From the NCBI GenBank assembly GCA_035703635.1, contig DASSXV010000028.1:1-26652 (forward strand): 26,652 bases of DNA, written 5' to 3'. Positions within the stretch are counted from its first letter, which is position 1, and each line of letters begins with the position of its first letter. Positions 23,388-26,652 of the stretch are shown here, piece by piece. The translations under genes and the position numbers were made by a program. This DNA is from Trueperaceae bacterium (GTDB taxonomy: Bacteria; Deinococcota; Deinococci; Deinococcales; Trueperaceae). The notes below the pieces were generated by a model, which was given only the letters and a program-made list of their open reading frames with translations, did no database searches and had not been told where the DNA came from.

Positions 23388-23926
23388 CGCTTCCAGCCCT
23401 CCACGACGGGCAGTTGCACGCCTCGCTCGTCGAACGTCTCGCCCCTGACCTTCTTCTGCAACTGCGCTACGGCGTAGATGAGGGACTCAGGCCTCGGGGG
23501 GCAGCCCGGCACGAAGATATCGACCGGCACGACAGAATCGACGTTCTGAACGATGGCGTAGTTGTTGAACATGCCACCTGACGAGGCACAGGCGCCCATG
23601 CTGATCACCCACTTGGGGTCCGGCATCTGGTCGTACACGCGCCGCATGACGGGCGCCATCTTCTTGCTCAAGCGGCCGGCGACGATCATCACGTCCGCCT
23701 GCCGTGGGCTGGCCCTGAAGACCTCGGAACCGAGGCGCGCGAGGTCGTTGCGGGAGTTCGTGGCGGCCATCATCTCGATGGCGCAGCACGCGAGCCCGAA
23801 GGTGGCGGGCCAGAGGCTGTTGGAGCGGCCCCACGCCACCAGCTTGTTCAGGCTGGTGAAGAGGATGCCGTCCGCCTCGAGCTCTTGAACGTCTTTCTCG
23901 AACAGGTCCAGTAAGCTCATGCTCAC
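23384..23926 (-). CDS. nuoB: NADH-quinone oxidoreductase subunit B
   Basis: GLACCAIEM (tandem Cys, N2), [21 protein letters not shown]. Start is GTG 23926 (GTGA overlap with nuoA) or ATG 23920. Confidence 0.97.
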   Translation of the reverse strand: MSMSLLDLFEKDVQELEADGILFTSLNKLVAWGRSNSLWPATFGLACCAIEMMAATNSRNDLARLGSEVFRASPRQADVMIVAGRLSKKMAPVMRRVYDQMPDPKWVISMGACASSGGMFNNYAIVQNVDSVVPVDIFVPGCPPRPESLIYAVAQLQKKVRGETFDERGVQLPVVEGWKR

Positions 23927-24270
23927 TTCCAGTTCAGGACGCCCTTGCGGACGAGGTAAACGTACCCGACCGCGAGGACAGCCACGAAGATTATGGCGTT
24001 GGCGAAGAGGAACTGAGGGGCGGCGTTGAACTTGACGGCCAACGGGTAGAAGAAGGCCGTTTCAAGATCGAAGATGATGAAGATCATCGCCACCAGGTAG
24101 AAGTGAATCGGGAAGCGCTCACGCGCCGTTCCCACCGCCGGGATGCCGGACTCGTAGGCGGCGAGCTTGGTTTCACTCGGCCGTTTAGGGCCGATCAACC
24201 CGCCCACCACCAGTGCCGCGACCGCGATGAACCCGGCCGCCAAGAACATCATCAGGACCTCTAAGTACAA
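23923..24270 (-). CDS. nuoA: NADH-quinone oxidoreductase subunit A
   Basis: [27 protein letters not shown] start with AAGGAG 8 nt upstream. Confidence 0.95.
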   Translation of the reverse strand: MYLEVLMMFLAAGFIAVAALVVGGLIGPKRPSETKLAAYESGIPAVGTARERFPIHFYLVAMIFIIFDLETAFFYPLAVKFNAAPQFLFANAIIFVAVLAVGYVYLVRKGVLNWK

Positions 24271-24361
24271 GGAGCCCTCTCCTTTCGAGCCGCATCGGGG
24301 AGAAGCGGCCCCTGCTGAAGACCAATCACCACGTAATGCCGAATGCTGAGAAGCGCGCAGT

Positions 24362-24379
24362 TCGTGCGCGTTTTCACAA
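24362..24379. promoter_or_regulatory. Probable Rex (NADH/NAD+ sensor) operator
   Basis: TCGTGCGCGTTTTCACAA versus consensus TTGTGAANNNNTTCACAA: one perfect half-site and GTG-N8-CAC spacing. Lies just downstream of the nuo -10. Confidence 0.6.
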
Positions 24380-24393
24380 CCAGCTTCTTGGAC

Positions 24394-24402
24394 AGTCTAG
24401 CA
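24394..24402 (-). promoter_or_regulatory. Extended -10 (TGcTAGACT) of the nuo operon
   Basis: TGnTANNNT on the minus strand about 125 nt upstream of nuoA. Confidence 0.6.
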
Positions 24403-24518
24403 GGGGGTATCTGGCCGAACAAGGTGAAAGGGCCGTGAGTTTTGGCTCTTCTGTAACCACGTCGGGCTTAGTCTCGAGCGAACGCCCGCCCTCAGCCAGC
24501 CCGAACCCGTGCGGGTGC

Positions 24519-24549
24519 TTGACACCATGCCGCACGGCGTCGATATACT
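24519..24549 (+). promoter_or_regulatory. Promoter for tRNA-Lys/tRNA-Glu (TTGACA-N19-TATACT)
   Basis: Consensus -35 at 24519-24524 and near-consensus -10 at 24544-24549, 12 nt before tRNA-Lys. Confidence 0.7.
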
Positions 24550-24561
24550 GCTTGGGCTGCT

Positions 24562-24637
<76 letters not shown>

Positions 24638-24657
24638 GGATTTCCGGCCAGCACTTT

Positions 24658-24732
24658 GGCCCCTTCGACTAGCGGTTAGGTCACAACCCTTTCAAGGTTG
24701 CGGCACGGGTTCGAATCCCGTAGGGGTCACCA
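24658..24732 (+). tRNA. tRNA-Glu (anticodon UUC)
   Basis: Acceptor GGCCCCT/AGGGGTC, anticodon arm CAACC-CTTTCAA-GGTTG, GGTTCGAAT T-loop, encoded CCA; 75 nt. Confidence 0.97.
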
Positions 24733-24735
24733 AAG

Positions 24736-24763
24736 AGGGCGCTCTTCAAGAGCGCCCTTCTTC
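24736..24763 (+). terminator. Terminator-like hairpin after tRNA-Glu
   Basis: GGGCGCTCT-TCA-AGAGCGCCC (24737-24757) followed by TTCTTC. Confidence 0.7.
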
Positions 24764-24851
24764 ATCTGGCGGGTGGAGAACGTTGCCCACCCACCCCACG
24801 TGGTCGAACCTCGTGCGCACCAGACGGCGCTTCCTCTCACGCTCGCTAACC

Positions 24852-24860
24852 TGTTAGCAT
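24852..24860 (+). promoter_or_regulatory. Extended -10 (TGtTAGCAT) for tRNA-Val
   Basis: TGnTANNNT 44 nt upstream of tRNA-Val and downstream of the tRNA-Glu terminator. Confidence 0.5.
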
Positions 24861-24904
24861 TGCTGAGCCTTGCGCCAGCCGGCCAACTAGCGGGCGCGCG
24901 ACGA

Positions 24905-24979
24905 GGGCGATTAGCTCAGCGGCAGAGCGTCCGCTTTACACGCGGAGGGTCGGGGGTTCGAACCCCTCATCGCCCACCA
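24905..24979 (+). tRNA. tRNA-Val (anticodon UAC)
   Basis: Acceptor GGGCGAT/ATCGCCC, anticodon arm TCCGC-TTTACAC-GCGGA, GGTTCGAAC T-loop, encoded CCA; 75 nt. Confidence 0.97.
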
Positions 24980-24988
24980 CATCCTCAT

Positions 24989-25035
24989 GCGGGTGGCAAG
25001 CGCGCAACGTTAAGTCATGCGCGCCTGCCGCCCGC
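24989..25035 (+). terminator. Long hairpin after tRNA-Val
   Basis: GCGGGTGGCA-A-GCGCGCA...TGCGCGC-C-TGCCGCCCGC, about 17 bp with one mismatch and one G-U pair; little U-tract. Confidence 0.55.
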
Positions 25036-25125
25036 TTCGCTGTGCGCCTGGCGCTCGCCTTGCTTTCGGCATATCCTGAACACCAACCAAACCTTGGGCC
25101 GCAGCGGCGGCCCTGCGGAGCGAAG

Positions 25126-26523
25126 ATGACCTTGGAACACGCCAAGTCGTCACCCTTGTGGTGGGAGGCCGTGCCTGCTGGGCCAACACGCAGGCCACCA
25201 GCCGCGGACCTAAGCGCTGACATCGTGATCGTTGGCGCTGGCTACACCGGACTGTGGAGCGCTTACTACCTCAAGCGCCTGGCGCCAGAGTTACGCGTCG
25301 TAGTGCTCGAGCGTGAGCACGTAGGCTTCGGCGCATCTGGGCGCAACGGGGGCTGGTGTCACCCCGAGTACCCCCTCGGGCTAGCCACTTTGGCCTACCG
25401 TCACGGCCAGGAGGCGGCGCTGCGCTTCCAGCACGCGGCTATGAATGCCGTGAGCGAGATCGCGCGCGTCTGCGAGGCAGAGGGCATCGACTGCCACTTC
25501 GCGCTCGGCGGGCGCTTGCTCGTGGCGCGCTCGCCGCTGCAGGCGCAACGCGCCGCCGCTGACGTAGCCGAGCAGCACGCTCTAGGCGTCAGCCAGGACG
25601 ACTTGCGCTACCTGGACGCCAACGAAGCGCGCGCGCTCAGCGGCCTGACGCAAGTTCAGGGCGCGAGTTACTTAAGCCGCGCGGCGGCGTTGCATCCGGC
25701 GCTGCTCGTTCACGGCCTGGCACGCGCAGCCGAGCGGCGCGGCGTCGAGATCTACGAAGGCGTCACCGTCACTTCGTTGGCTAGCGGCGTCGCGCACTTC
25801 AAGAGCGCCGCTCATAGCGGCAGCGCGACGGCCGCTAGCATGTTGCGCGCCACGGAGGGCTACACCAAGGCGTTCAAGGGCGAAGGCCGCACCCTCATCC
25901 CTCTTTACTCCTTGATGATCGCGACCGAGCCGCTTACCGGCGCCACCCTCGAGTCCGTCGGCCTTGACCGGCGTGAAGTGTTCGCCGACTACGGCCACAT
26001 GGTCATCTATGGGCAGAGGACGCACGACGGCCGCATCGCGCTCGGCGGTCGCGGCGCGCCGTATCACTTCGGGTCAGGCATCAGGGAAGCGCATGACAGA
26101 GACGGCGTCGTGCACGGCCACCTCGCCCGCTTGCTCGTAGAGCTCTTCCCTACCCTCGAGGGCGTGCGCATCACCCACCGGTGGGGCGGTCCCCTCGGGG
26201 TGCCGCGCGACTGGCGCCCAAGCGTGAGCTACGACCCGAGCAGCGGCCTCGGCCACGCGGGCGGGTACGTCGGCGACGGGGTGGCGCTATCGAACCTAGC
26301 TGGCCGCACGCTCGCGGAGTTAGCGCTTGGGCGCACGAGCGAGCGTACAGACCTCCCCTGGGTGCAGCACGCTTGGCGGCCGTGGGAGCCAGAGCCGTTC
26401 CGCTACCTCGGCGTCAACGCGGGCTTGTGGCTAACGCGCTCCGCGGATCGGGAGGAGTCGCGCACGGGCAAAGAAAGCGCACGCGCCAGGCTCGGCGATT
26501 GGATCAGGGGAAAGCGCGGCTAG
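25126..26523 (+). CDS. FAD-dependent oxidoreductase, DAO/PuuB (gamma-glutamylputrescine oxidase)-like
   Basis: IVGAGYTGL Rossmann motif, GASGRNGG, ATEPL, HRWGGP, GYVGDGV, WEPEP.R..G. Start ATG 25126 with GGAG 5 nt upstream. Substrate not determinable from sequence. Confidence 0.85.
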   Translation: MTLEHAKSSPLWWEAVPAGPTRRPPAADLSADIVIVGAGYTGLWSAYYLKRLAPELRVVVLEREHVGFGASGRNGGWCHPEYPLGLATLAYRHGQEAALRFQHAAMNAVSEIARVCEAEGIDCHFALGGRLLVARSPLQAQRAAADVAEQHALGVSQDDLRYLDANEARALSGLTQVQGASYLSRAAALHPALLVHGLARAAERRGVEIYEGVTVTSLASGVAHFKSAAHSGSATAASMLRATEGYTKAFKGEGRTLIPLYSLMIATEPLTGATLESVGLDRREVFADYGHMVIYGQRTHDGRIALGGRGAPYHFGSGIREAHDRDGVVHGHLARLLVELFPTLEGVRITHRWGGPLGVPRDWRPSVSYDPSSGLGHAGGYVGDGVALSNLAGRTLAELALGRTSERTDLPWVQHAWRPWEPEPFRYLGVNAGLWLTRSADREESRTGKESARARLGDWIRGKRG

Positions 26524-26524
26524 C

Positions 26525-26652
26525 TCAACGCTGCAGCCAGGCCATCGTCTTGTCGGCCAACTTGTCAAGCGCGACTACCGACATCTCGATGTGCTCCTCG
26601 CGGGTGTCCTCGATCTTGTTGTGCGAGATCCCGTGGAGGCTCTGCACGAACA
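26525..26652 (-). CDS. 3' end of an M20-family Zn hydrolase (hydantoinase/carbamoylase-family amidase); rest lies beyond the window
   Basis: Manual translation gives FVQSLHGISHNKIEDTREEHIEMSVVALDKLADKTMAWLQR*. F..S..G.SH...E is the C-terminal motif of N-carbamoyl-amino-acid/allantoate amidohydrolases. Not in the ORF track because it lacks a start. Confidence 0.75.
   Translation of the reverse strand, partial: FVQSLHGISHNKIEDTREEHIEMSVVALDKLADKTMAWLQR

Noticed and set aside
24450..24465. TTCTGTAACCACGTCG as a Deinococcus RDRM/DdrO box
   Set aside because: Only one half-site resembles it, the spacing is one base short, and no DNA-repair gene is adjacent.
24698..25223. ORFs 24698-25129 (+) and 24936-25223 (-)
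   Set aside because: They overlap tRNA genes and hairpins and have no protein features.

Overview
This is a GC-rich bacterial core-genome window. Lineage-type insertions in NuoG, the NHPSG motif in NuoM and several apparently leaderless genes suggest Deinococcota, possibly Trueperaceae-like (inference). It contains the 3' part of metH convergent with a short metF, then a co-oriented minus-strand run ndk-aspC-tnaA-metF, a DUF1648-like membrane protein, a DinB-family protein and an orphan REC + HD-GYP regulator. These are followed by a complete 14-gene nuoA-N complex I operon on the minus strand, tRNA-Lys(UUU), tRNA-Glu(UUC), tRNA-Val(UAC), a DAO/PuuB-like FAD oxidoreductase and the 3' end of an M20 carbamoylase-like hydrolase. 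I see no mobile element, CRISPR array or defence system, and I cannot support a claim of a wholly new multi-gene system. The best leads are fine-scale. The complex I has lost all four N7 cluster cysteines in NuoG and carries unusual substitutions in NuoM and NuoF. The nuo leader combines a Rex-type operator with folds that hide the ribosome-binding site. The HD-GYP domain has an altered guanine-binding motif behind a structured upstream region. Reference motifs were compared from memory, not by database search.
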